From NCBI GenBank assembly GCA_963668675.2, contig CAXXMB010000002.1:192001-256000 (forward strand): a stretch of 64,000 bases of DNA, written 5' to 3'. Positions 19,760 to 30,000 of the stretch are shown here, one piece after another (the first letter of the stretch is position 1; the number at the start of each line of letters is the position of its first letter). This DNA comes from an uncultured Desulfatitalea sp. (GTDB lineage: Bacteria; Desulfobacterota; Desulfobacteria; Desulfobacterales; Desulfosarcinaceae). A model generated the notes under the pieces. It was not told the DNA's origin, ran no database searches, and saw nothing but the letters and a program-made list of their open reading frames with translations. The position numbers were made by a program, and so were the translations under genes.

Positions 19760-21985
19760 ATGAAAGGACATGAGTCTAAAATGAAATATTCTTTTCAAAC
19801 CCGCGCGGGCCTGACTGTGGGAGCACTCCTTTGGTTGGCCCTGGCTTTAGTCGCCCCAAGCCCAGCAGTATCGAACGCGCCGTCTCTTCTGGGCGGAGAG
19901 ATTCCACTGATCGACGGCGCCAAGGTCATCAAAGAAAAGCAATCCCATGGCTCCGGGCGTTTTGAATTTGAGGTGGACATCTCTCCGGCGGAGGTGGCCG
20001 ACTTCTACAATAAGGCCATGGAATCCAAGGGCTGGCCGGCCGGTACTATTTTGTCCACGGCGAACGGCAGCGGCCTCATGCTGGTCCAAAACAGCGACCG
20101 TTTTGCCCTCAAAGCCGTTGTTAAAAAAGGTCGCACGCTCGTAACCATAATGTTGATTCGAAAATCAACCATCGAGGCGGCCTTAAAGCCACACCCTTTA
20201 ACGGATCCTGACAAGGCTGCCAAACAGCCGGCTACCAGGGACAGCCGGCCCCTTCCCCAAAACAACGGGGTGATCATCCAAGGCACGCCACCGGAAAAAG
20301 GTGCTTTTGTCAAGCGAACCGTGGTGACGCCACCCCAGGGAGGATCGCCTTTCGACAAAAAGGATTCCGGTTCCTTACCGGAAAATCCCGACACACCACC
20401 GGAAAACCCCAACCCCGATCCCGAAGATTCATCAAGCTCAGATTCATCCGAGCGTCACTCTTCCGGATTTGCTCCTGCTGCAAACAAACCACCGCAAAGG
20501 CTTTCCGTCAGCGTTCGGGTCATGTCCCGCTGGTCTGTCACCGAAGCGGAATATTTCAAGTATGTGGGTTTGATCACCCTGCAGTACAACGGGACGCTGA
20601 TATCGAGTGCAATGGGCAGTCCGACCGTATCAAAAGCGGGCCTGGCAGTAAGTCCGATCCTGACCTACACGCCGGAGGTCATGACCCTGTCTTACAATTA
20701 TTATGAACTCAAAACGAGCCTGAGGCCCATTCCGGATGGATTTTGCCAGGACCCGTTAATTTTCGAATTCCAGGACGGCGGTGTTTCGCCCATCGGTGAT
20801 AGCGCAGGGCTCCGCATTCAACGTTCCAGTGCTGCGGCGGCACCCTATTTACAAAACCTTTCCGCTGACAAGCAGCAATTCCTGGCAGCCATGCAGGGAT
20901 CCATGGCCGTTCCCGACTATTACGAATTTTATGCCGGCGGTCCTGGTCGTAATAAACGCATCTTCGGCCGTAAAAAAACCGGGAAGGAAGAGTGTGAATA
21001 CAGTGATGCTGAAAAACCCTTATGCGGATGTCAAATCGGCATCCAGATGAAACTGCCCACATCCGGCATGATGCAGGGCACCCGGACCTGGGCGGCGGAT
21101 GATCAGGGATTGTGCCCACCGTCGCTGGGCATCCATGTCTCCGATGTTGGGAAGAACTTGAATAAAACGCCGCTGAGGCCCCCTGCCGGCGGCAACCGAA
21201 ACGTGACCTATACGGTGAGCTGGATGATCAAACCGGCGCAGGCCGATGGGACTGAATTCGAACCCGATGAGGAGAAACAAAAGAAGCGCTGCGACCCCCT
21301 CCAGCAGAAAATACTGCAACTCAAAGTGATCCGAAAGCTCTATGAAAATCCCAATATCCGCAAATATGCCGATGAAAATTATCCTGACCGCAATAGCCCT
21401 TACGACCGGCTGAGTGAAAGAATGGGGCACTACCAGGATGCCATCGAGAATCTCTTTTTGGATATCATGCAAGACACCCAGCCGTCCGACTGGAACAATT
21501 TTGACGCCACGGCCCGCATGATAGATACAATCACGGACGATCAAATCAGCGATGCCTACCGCTCCATCGACAGGGGCAGTGGCGGCGGCACCTCGACCTG
21601 CATGGCCGCCGGCTGTGGTTGGTTGACCTCAGATCCGTGCCAAATCCGCGATCTGGGCATATCAATGAACATTCACGGCGTCCGAAATGTAAAGATCGTC
21701 GACTTCACCGGAGAGAGCGGAACCCGGTCCTTCGATGCGGTCACCGTCGAAAGAACCGGATACTTTGAAGCGGCGCGGGCCTCTTACATGGCGGACCATT
21801 TCGACTGCCAGGAGGTCGGAAAAGCCCTGTTCGAAGCCGCCCTGGCCCATGAGATGACCCATTGCCGGCAATATGTCGAAAATTGCTTTCCCAAGTCGAT
21901 CGACGATATGGCCCGATACGAGATGGAAGCCTACGACGTCGAAATGAACAAATTGAAGCAATACCTCGACAAGTGGGGCTGTTGA
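19760..21985 (+). CDS. Secreted multidomain protein with C-terminal HExxH motif
   Basis: Signal peptide, Pro/Ser-rich linker, Cys-rich middle, AHEMTH...EMEAY at the C-terminus. Confidence 0.75.
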   Translation: MKGHESKMKYSFQTRAGLTVGALLWLALALVAPSPAVSNAPSLLGGEIPLIDGAKVIKEKQSHGSGRFEFEVDISPAEVADFYNKAMESKGWPAGTILSTANGSGLMLVQNSDRFALKAVVKKGRTLVTIMLIRKSTIEAALKPHPLTDPDKAAKQPATRDSRPLPQNNGVIIQGTPPEKGAFVKRTVVTPPQGGSPFDKKDSGSLPENPDTPPENPNPDPEDSSSSDSSERHSSGFAPAANKPPQRLSVSVRVMSRWSVTEAEYFKYVGLITLQYNGTLISSAMGSPTVSKAGLAVSPILTYTPEVMTLSYNYYELKTSLRPIPDGFCQDPLIFEFQDGGVSPIGDSAGLRIQRSSAAAAPYLQNLSADKQQFLAAMQGSMAVPDYYEFYAGGPGRNKRIFGRKKTGKEECEYSDAEKPLCGCQIGIQMKLPTSGMMQGTRTWAADDQGLCPPSLGIHVSDVGKNLNKTPLRPPAGGNRNVTYTVSWMIKPAQADGTEFEPDEEKQKKRCDPLQQKILQLKVIRKLYENPNIRKYADENYPDRNSPYDRLSERMGHYQDAIENLFLDIMQDTQPSDWNNFDATARMIDTITDDQISDAYRSIDRGSGGGTSTCMAAGCGWLTSDPCQIRDLGISMNIHGVRNVKIVDFTGESGTRSFDAVTVERTGYFEAARASYMADHFDCQEVGKALFEAALAHEMTHCRQYVENCFPKSIDDMARYEMEAYDVEMNKLKQYLDKWGC

Positions 21986-22079
21986 CAGATAAAGGCTATG
22001 TATTTTTTCCACGAAGGAGGAGAACAAGAGATTTCGGGGTCACTCACTGTTCACCCTTCAGCCAACTCAGGGGCGAGTA

Positions 22080-22135
22080 CTGCTCTTCACTCATTCTCAA
22101 TTTTTTATATGCGTCAAGAGCAGACCTGACCCCAT
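22080..22135. repeat. REP-like hairpin, copy 2
   Basis: CTGCTCTTCACTCATTCT...GCGTCAAGAGCAGACCTGACCCCAT, same orientation as 19550-19603. Confidence 0.65.
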
Positions 22136-22338
22136 AACTGCCCCCATACCTCTCCAACCTTATCCTGGAAAGCCGGAGAAATGTGAGCGACCCTCTCACC
22201 TGCTGATATATCATTTTGATAGTCGTGCCGGGGCCTCTCCTGTCGATATGACCGTCTCTTCTCTGCCCGTCCGTTGTGTGTGTTTATAAATTTCCTTTTA
22301 ATTCCAATAGATATAAAATTTCATATCTTTCATAAGAG

Positions 22339-22354
22339 TGGCACGCCGTTGGCA
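22339..22354 (+). promoter_or_regulatory. Candidate sigma54 promoter for the S8 protease
   Basis: TGGCACGCCGTTGGCA (GG-N10-GC). Confidence 0.45.
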
Positions 22355-22470
22355 ATTATGGTTTGCATGTAAACAACGACAGTCGCACATCAGGGGCGGC
22401 TGTCTCACCGTGCAAGCAATCGGCCGGTCATTATCAATCCGTATTGGCCTGCCCGATAAAGGAGTAGTAA

Positions 22471-24672
22471 ATGCAACGACGTGCCTTGGTCCTCTGTCTA
22501 TCCCTATCAATTCTCTTCAGCTTTGCGCAGTTGAGTTTCGCCCAGCCCTTCACAGCTGCCAATATAGAGGCCCTTAAAGCGAACCCCAAAGTCAATATGA
22601 CCGATACGGCGCTGGATCGTCTTTCGGCAGACACACCTATGGCAAGGGTCATCGTGAACCTGAGAGATCCGCTGACTCAAGATGCGCCCACAGCAAACAG
22701 CCCCATGGTGCGCTCAACCACTGCAGCGGCCCGCCGGTCGGTCAATGGATTGAGGGATGCATCGGTCCGGCGTCAGTTGGTCGATGATGTCAGAGCCATG
22801 CAGCAACAGGTGATCGAAGCGCACCATGTGGATAGCGCGCGCGTCGGCAGCCGGTTCAACTACCATTTCGGGTTTTCCGCCGAGCTCACCCCAGAAGAGA
22901 TTCAATCGCTGGCGGACAGCGCCGATGTGCTCTCCATAGAGGAAGATAAGTTGATCCAGGCCCAGGTTGCCCAAGGCATCCCTCTGATGAGCGCTTCGAT
23001 CATATCCGACACCTACGGCGGCGCCGGCATGTCCATCGCTATCTGTGATACGGGCATCGATTACACCCACCCCATGCTCGGCGGCGGTGGATTTCCCAAC
23101 GCCAAAGTGATCGGCGGCTACGATACGGGGGAGGATGACGCCGATCCCATGGACGGAAACGGGCACGGTACGGCCTGCGCGGGCATAGCGGCCGGCGATC
23201 TCAACAATGACGGCGACTATATCGGCGGTGTCGCTTATGGCGCCAAGCTCTATGCACTGAAAATGACCTATTCGCCCACCTCCAATTCAGCTTACACATC
23301 GGCTATGGCGGAAGCCTGGGAGTGGTGTATTACCCATCAAAATGACGACCCGGCCAACCCCATCATGATCATCAGCACGAGCTTCGGCGGCGGAAAATAT
23401 TCCGATCAAGCCACTTGCGACGGTGCATCCAGCGCAATGGCCGCCGCGGCCGCCAATGCCAAGGCCGTCGGGATCACGATTTTTGTCTCCTCGGGAAATG
23501 ACGGCTACTGCGATGCCACCGGGTGGCCGGCCTGTTTGAGCGATGTGATCAGCGTCGGAGCCGTCTACGATGCCGATTTCGGCAATTACTATCCTTGCGT
23601 AGCCGAGGATTCATGCGCTTCTAAGATTGCAACGACCTCTTGTTCCACAGGATATTATTCCATCGACAGCACTGAGGCCGATCGTGTAACATCCTATTCC
23701 AATACGGCCTCCTTCCTTAGCCTGTTCGCCCCATCCAATGCGGCCTACACCACCAAAATGGGCGGCGGCTACACAAGCACAACCTCTGGTTTCGGTGGCA
23801 CTTCCGCGGCCTGCCCCTATGCCGCCGGAGCAGCCGCCAGCCTACAGAGCGCGGCCAAGGCCCGAACTGGCGCCTTTCTGACGCCCGAACAGTTGGAATT
23901 ATACCTTACCAATAACGGAGACTTGATTACCGACAGCAAGGTAGAGATCACCAAGCCGAGGATCAATCTCGGCCAATCGGCCGATGCCATCTTATCGGTT
24001 CCACTGCTCACCACCGACGCGGCAACGTCCGTCACTGCCGACAGCGCCATGGTCGGAGGCAGCGTAGTGGACGACGGGGGTGACGCGGTCACGGCCCGCG
24101 GCGTGTGCTGGAGCCTTTCGTCCGGGCCAACCACCGATGACAGTTGCACCAACGACGGAACCGGCTCGGGCAGTTTTACAGAGCAGATCACCGGGTTGCT
24201 GCCCAGTGCCGTCTACCATGTGCGGGCTTACGCCACAAACAGCTTTGGCACCGGCTACGGACAGAATATCACCTTTACTACCCTTTCCATTCCTGCGGAC
24301 GCCCGTACCGATTCGGCCCAGGTGCTGTCCCACAGTACCGTCACCCTCAGCGGCACAGTCAACCCTAACGGCGCGGAAACGGACTACCATTTCGAGTACG
24401 GCCCCGATCAAACCTACAGCGCCACTACAACGAATTCCTCGATAGGCTCCGGCCGTTCAGAGAGCCCGGCCAGCACCGTCATCGGCAGCCTTGCCGAAAA
24501 CACCACCTATCACTACCGACTGATCGCGACCAACGCGGGCGGCACGAGTTACGGCGAAGACCAAACCTTCACGACTCTGCCAGCGTCCCATGTCGATACC
24601 GGGGGGAGGTCGGGTGGTGGTGGCGGGGGTTGCTTCATTACAACAGCTGTGGGGATTGTTGAGGACAGATAA
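22471..24672 (+). CDS. Secreted S8 subtilisin-family serine protease with I9-like propeptide, two FN3-like domains and a GGGGGCFI C-terminal tail
   Basis: Catalytic triad CDTG / GHGTACAG / GGTSAACP; FN3 motifs YHVRAYATNS and YHYRLIATN. Confidence 0.93.
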   Translation: MQRRALVLCLSLSILFSFAQLSFAQPFTAANIEALKANPKVNMTDTALDRLSADTPMARVIVNLRDPLTQDAPTANSPMVRSTTAAARRSVNGLRDASVRRQLVDDVRAMQQQVIEAHHVDSARVGSRFNYHFGFSAELTPEEIQSLADSADVLSIEEDKLIQAQVAQGIPLMSASIISDTYGGAGMSIAICDTGIDYTHPMLGGGGFPNAKVIGGYDTGEDDADPMDGNGHGTACAGIAAGDLNNDGDYIGGVAYGAKLYALKMTYSPTSNSAYTSAMAEAWEWCITHQNDDPANPIMIISTSFGGGKYSDQATCDGASSAMAAAAANAKAVGITIFVSSGNDGYCDATGWPACLSDVISVGAVYDADFGNYYPCVAEDSCASKIATTSCSTGYYSIDSTEADRVTSYSNTASFLSLFAPSNAAYTTKMGGGYTSTTSGFGGTSAACPYAAGAAASLQSAAKARTGAFLTPEQLELYLTNNGDLITDSKVEITKPRINLGQSADAILSVPLLTTDAATSVTADSAMVGGSVVDDGGDAVTARGVCWSLSSGPTTDDSCTNDGTGSGSFTEQITGLLPSAVYHVRAYATNSFGTGYGQNITFTTLSIPADARTDSAQVLSHSTVTLSGTVNPNGAETDYHFEYGPDQTYSATTTNSSIGSGRSESPASTVIGSLAENTTYHYRLIATNAGGTSYGEDQTFTTLPASHVDTGGRSGGGGGGCFITTAVGIVEDR

Positions 24673-24768
24673 GATGGGTAAACCAAACCCAACGAGATAA
24701 GGTTGCATTGTGGCCAAAATCGGGTGAAACAGGATGTTCGCCGATCTGGATTTTCGCTAAGTCATGCC

Positions 24769-25565
24769 TCAGTGAGAAGGTTCGGCCATTCGTTCGACAT
24801 TCACCCGCATGTTTAGCAGTCCCACCGGATCGCCAAATTGTGTATAGATGGCAACGTCGGCTGCGTCGCGGCCGAATGCGATAGCGGCTCGTCCTCCTTG
24901 CAGAGCAACCTGTGTTGGATCGAACGTATACCACCGATTTCCGACATATGCCTCGAACCAAGCGTGAAGATCCATCGGTTCAAGATTCTCGAGGTAGCCC
25001 ACAACCATTCGAGCTGGTATTGATAGCGCTCGGCAACAGGCGATGCCCAAATGGGCCATGTCCCGGCAAACGCCCTGCCCCAGCTCGTTTACCTCAGTGG
25101 AACCTATGATCTGTTGTCCGGCGCCAGACGTGTACCGTACTGTGTTGCGGATATAATCAACACTGGCCGCGCATTGGGCGTAACCGGCGGCCTGTCCAGC
25201 TGCGAGTGATCTGGCCATTTTGGTGAAACGATCTGATTCACAATACCGGCTTGGGTGGAGAAACGGCAGTGTCTCTTCGGGCAACTGTTGTAATTCGATA
25301 AAGGGGCGCCAGGAGCCGTGTCATATGCGTCTGCAGTTTCGATGTCAACGGATGAATGAACGGTAAAATGACCGGTTGGTGCGACCAGTCGCTGGCACAG
25401 ATTGCCGAACAAATCAGTGAATTCAACCACCGGCACACTGGGTGACAAAACGTACTGTTCGCGAGCGACCCATTGCTGCCATCCACTCCGATGGCGAAGC
25501 ATGAGCAGGAAAGGCGTTGGAACCGGTATGTCGAATTCAAGAAAACAAGACGCGTGTAACCACAT
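24769..25565 (-). pseudogene. Transglutaminase-like family protein, split by a single frameshift at about 25300
   Basis: N-half [24 protein letters not shown] and C-half [28 protein letters not shown] lie in different frames. Confidence 0.85.
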
Positions 25566-25625
25566 GACGACCCTACACTGTTTGAAGTGCGGCTCATATA
25601 ACATTTGCAGTCCCGATCATTCATT

Positions 25626-25690
25626 GTCGAACGACGCGTTTTAGCAGCCGCGGCGATCTATCAGCGGCCTGCTGCAGCCGGAGGTTCGGC
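25626..25690 (-). other. attC-like recombination site
   Basis: Minus strand GCCGAAC-CTCCG-GCTGCAGC-AGGCCGC...GCGGCT-GCTAAAA-CGCGTC-GTTCGAC; overlaps the TAG stop of the antitoxin gene. Confidence 0.6.
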
Positions 25691-26037
25691 TACGCCGCAT
25701 GTAATAGAAACTCCACTTTGACAGCCTCAAATGGAAAAACAATGCGCTTATCTTCGGTACGAATGAGTATTCCGGCGTTTAGAAGTGCGGTTACGTCGCC
25801 GTGAACGGCCTTTACATCACGTCCAACACGCCGCGCACTTTCGCGAATTGATACAGGACCCGCTCCGCAGAGGATCTTGAGCAACTCCCAGTGTTTTTCG
25901 GTTAATACCCTCCAAAGCAATTCGGGAGACGCAAAGGAGATACGTGCGGACTTTTGGGATCTGCCTGTTTTCCATGCTCGAGTGAAATCCGCCATCGAAT
26001 CGGCAGGGTCTCGTACATCAAGAGTTACGGTTTTCAT
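25690..26037 (-). CDS. Winged-HTH DNA-binding protein (HVO_A0114-like), putative antitoxin
   Basis: ISFASPELLWRVLT...GP.SIRE.ARRVGRDVKAVHGDV.AL...G; overlaps the upstream gene. Confidence 0.8.
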   Translation of the reverse strand: MKTVTLDVRDPADSMADFTRAWKTGRSQKSARISFASPELLWRVLTEKHWELLKILCGAGPVSIRESARRVGRDVKAVHGDVTALLNAGILIRTEDKRIVFPFEAVKVEFLLHAA

Positions 26038-26314
26038 GGTTCCACCTCCCAATTTCGTCCTGGAAATCAGCGACCAACTGTTCCGGTGTCGTGAAAACGT
26101 AGTCACTTTCCTTTCCATCGAAAAGCCGATGATCGCCTTTACCAGTCTCATGGTCATAACGTATTACGCATTCATCACGCACAACGTATGCAAGTCTGTA
26201 CTTGAACTTGTGTAAGGGTCCACGCAAGGGCGTCGAGAGCCGCCACAATACCAACTTCGCAAATTTCCATTCTGAATAGATGATGCTTGTATTGATCAGT
26301 TCAACGGCCTTCAT
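26018..26314 (-). CDS. DUF6516 (TumE-like) putative toxin
   Basis: H.FKYRLAY....CVIRYD.E.GKGDHR...Y.F...EQL..DF pattern; paired with the HTH gene. Confidence 0.75.
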   Translation of the reverse strand: MKAVELINTSIIYSEWKFAKLVLWRLSTPLRGPLHKFKYRLAYVVRDECVIRYDHETGKGDHRLFDGKESDYVFTTPEQLVADFQDEIGRWNHENRNS

Positions 26315-26386
26315 GTTGGCCTTATTAAAAACACCTGACTATGTTGTCAAAAACTCCAACACCAGTGACGTGGGGTGTGTTTAAAT

Positions 26387-26492
26387 GCAGAACGCCCACC
26401 ATCACAGGTGAGCAGGGTTTGAGGGCTTCGCAAGAGCGAATTCAACACTAACATAGGCCAAAACCAAGATGCCCCGCCCCTGCGAATCCAGT
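26387..26492 (-). other. Partial or degenerate attC-like site upstream of the TA pair
   Basis: GTTCTGC box on the minus strand plus GGTGAGCAGGG/CCCTGCGAATCC arms; the other end box is missing. Confidence 0.35.
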
Positions 26493-27049
26493 ACCGGGTA
26501 AAAGGAAAAGATCCCCGATGCAAGCGTAAAGTGAAGGCTAAAGATCAATAGGTTCATATTTTTTGGTACGTCCCCCATTCACGTTTCCGGCTACCGGACA
26601 GAAGCAATGGGTTTGAAAAAAACAGGACGCCTTTTGCAAGAGCAGAATCAAATCGACAACCAATCAGGATACCGGTTCGGTTGCCCAGTACTTGTTGCAG
26701 ATATCGCGACCAAGCCAGCCCTGCATTGGTGGATTTGGCCACTTAGCCCGGTTCATCTTATAGGTCTTCCGGGTTTCTGATAGGTGAACAGCTCAGGCAA
26801 TGCCGGACTTGACATTCTGAAGTGATGCGGACTATGAGACAGGGAATAATAGTCCCTCCTCAAAAGACAACTTACGCGCTCTGGTAAAAAAGGTTCTTCT
26901 TCACTTGCAGCGCCGTAGCAATATAATGCATCCGACCGGATTGACGACTGGCTGGCCCGTAGGCTTGTGGATAGCGTAACACTCGGTTTATAGGCAAAAT
27001 TTATTACTACGGGTATTTGGTAAATATTCTACTATAGTGTTTAAGTAAA

Positions 27050-30000
27050 ATGTCCACTCATATCCAAGGGGGTCTGATGGGGTTTCGAGCGATTCGGTTT
27101 AAGTATCTATTGATGTGTCTGATCGCACCCTGCTTGATGTTGCATTTAGCAAGTGCCGCTGCGGCCGCCACATTCAGCTTTTCGGTCCAGGGCGACATTT
27201 CAGGACCGCTGGCCGGCGTCAATGTCTATGCGTTTACCGAATCCGGAAGCTACACCGGGGTCCATGCGGCAACCGACCTAAACGGCCACGCACTGTTCAC
27301 CAAAGAAGACCTCCCCGACAGCGACTACCGCTTTCGGGTCGACTACCTGGGCGGGCAATTCTGGTCCGATCCGGTCACCTTCCCCCTCGCGGATACAGCG
27401 GGTTTCATTATCGCCGAAGCCGACCTCGTTTTTATGGTCGCAGACAGCTTCAACCCCTTACCGTCTGTAAACACTTACCTTTTCAGCGAATCAGGGGCCT
27501 ACCTGGGTCTCAGCAGCACCACCGATGCCGCCGGTCGAGCGGCATACACCCTGCCGGCGGACATGAGTGTCAAGTGCCGAGCCGATTACATGGGATATCA
27601 ATTCTGGTCTGCGGCTGTTGCAGCATCTTCGGGACCGCAGATAGATCTGACGATCCCGTCGCAAAATCTTAATATCACGGTTCAAGGTGTTTTTCAGGGC
27701 GCCACCCAACCCCTCGAAGGCATCCCGGCCTACCTCTTCAAGCCGCCTTCCAGCTATATGGGGGCAGTCCTGACCACCGATGCCGACGGTCGCGCTACCT
27801 TCAACCTTCCGGACCAGGTCTACAAGGTGCGGGCCAACTATCTGGGCGGGCAATTCTGGTCGAACGATTTTTCAGCCTCCAACACCACCATTGACATCCC
27901 GCTGGCCGATGCCGCGATCAGCGTCACCGGCAACGGCGCCGCCCTCTCAGGCATCAAGGTTTATGTATTCAGCGGGGCCGGAGCTTACCTGGGCGTAAGC
28001 GGCACCACCGATGCCGCCGGGCAAGTTACCTTCCGCCTGCCCGCCGGAGAATACAAATTCCGGGCTGATTATCAGAACAGCCAGTACTGGAGCGTAACCG
28101 GGGACCTGCAGGCGGATGCGGTCAACCCGCTGGGCATTTCAACGGGCGGCGGCACATTTGCCCTGAACGTGAAAAAAGCGCCCGGCCTACCCATGGCCGG
28201 CACCAACTGCTACGCTTTTACGGCATCGGACAGTTACCTGGGCCTTGCCGCGGCCACCGATACCTCGGGCCAAGCGCACTTCGCACTGGCGGATGGCAGC
28301 TGCAAGTTCCGTATCGACCACCTGGGCTACCAATATTGGACGGATACCGTCACGATACCCGACACATTGTCGATTACGTTCACCCTGCCGCATCAAGACG
28401 CGACCGTCACGGTGACCGCCGACTACCAGGGAACTTTAAGTTCATTGGCAGATATTCCGGTCTACCTTTTCAAACCGGATGGGCCCTATCTCGGCATGAA
28501 CAGCACCACCAATGGCGCCGGCGAGGCGACATTCAATCTACCGGCCAACACCTATGCCGTTCGGGCCGATTACCTGGGTCAGCAATTCTGGTCCGACCCA
28601 TTCAACGGCCAGACAGTCCAGATCGAAATCCCCACGGGCATGGCCTCTGTGCATGTAACCAGCGCCGGACAGGATCTGGCCGGCGTGCCCGTGTACATTT
28701 TTACATCATCCGGGGCCTATCTGGGCATCCATGACGCCACAGATGGGACCGGTACTGTGTCGTTCACGCTGCCGGCCGGCAGCTACCGCATGCGGGCGGA
28801 TTACCAGGGCAGCCAATACTGGGCTGATGCAGCTGTGACAGCCGATACCGTCAGCCTGGTAAACTTGAGCACCGGCGGCGGTACTTTCAACCTGACCATC
28901 AACGACGGGGCGACGGCACTGACCGATACGCCGGTCTACGTTTTCAATACCGCCGGCAGCTACCTTGGCCTCAGCGGCACCACCGATGCCGACGGTACCA
29001 TCACTTTCGACCTGGCCGAAGGCGGCTACCGCTTCAGGGTCGATCTGCTCGGCGCCCAGTTCTGGAGCGCCGATTACAATGTGCCGGATATCTTGACAGG
29101 AACTTTTACCATCGCCCACCAGGACCTGACAGCCACCGTCCAGAACGACTATCCGTCGATCCAGGGCCTGGCCAATGTCCCCACATACCTGTTCTCGGCA
29201 GCCGGCGCCTATTTGGGCTGCAGCGCCAACACCGACGCCGACGGCCGGGTTGTGTACCGGCTGCCGGACCAGGGGTACAAGATCCGGGCAGACTACCTTG
29301 GCAATCAATTCTGGTCCGAAGTGTTCCAATCCCAGGACACAATCTTGACCATCTCCCATGGCATGGCGGAGATCCATGTCGCCAGGGCCGGCAGCGATCT
29401 GGCCGGTGCGCTGGTTTATCTTTTCTCAGCCACGGATACCTACCTGGGATGGAGTCAAACCACCGACGCCGCAGGCCGGGTATCTTTTCTGCTGCCGACT
29501 GCGTCGTACAAATTCAGAATCGACGAAACCGGGCGCCAGCACTGGAGCCCGTTGACAGCCGTCCCCGCAGGCCAGGCCATCGAGGTGCCCATCGTCATCG
29601 ACCCGCTGGCGGTGATGCTCAGCGCCACTCCCACACTGATTGCTCCCGGCCAGGATGCCACCCTCACCTGGACTTCGGAAAATGCGGAAACCTGCACCAT
29701 TGAACCGGATATCGGCTTCGTTGACCTCCAGGGCTCGATCCAGGTCTCCCCGACGGAAACCATCACTTATACCATTACCGCCGCCCGGGATACGGCCACC
29801 GTATCCGAAAGTGTCACGGTAACGGTCAATGCACCGCCGGAGTTCACCCTGATCGAACCGGACGGCACCGCCGATACCGCCGATCAGGCCTTTACCATCA
29901 CCTGGAATGATGCCGACCCGGATGACGATGCCCAGATCTCTCTTTTTTACGATACCGACGCTGTCGGCGCCGACGGCACCCTTATCGTGCAGGCGGTCAG

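Noticed and set aside
24685..24742. Possible attC downstream of the transglutaminase gene (minus GGCGAAC...GTTGGGT)
   Set aside because: End boxes are present but the inner arms do not pair.
26500..27049. Long leader of the giant surface protein, examined for a c-di-GMP riboswitch
   Set aside because: No convincing GEMM motif seen by eye; needs an Rfam scan.
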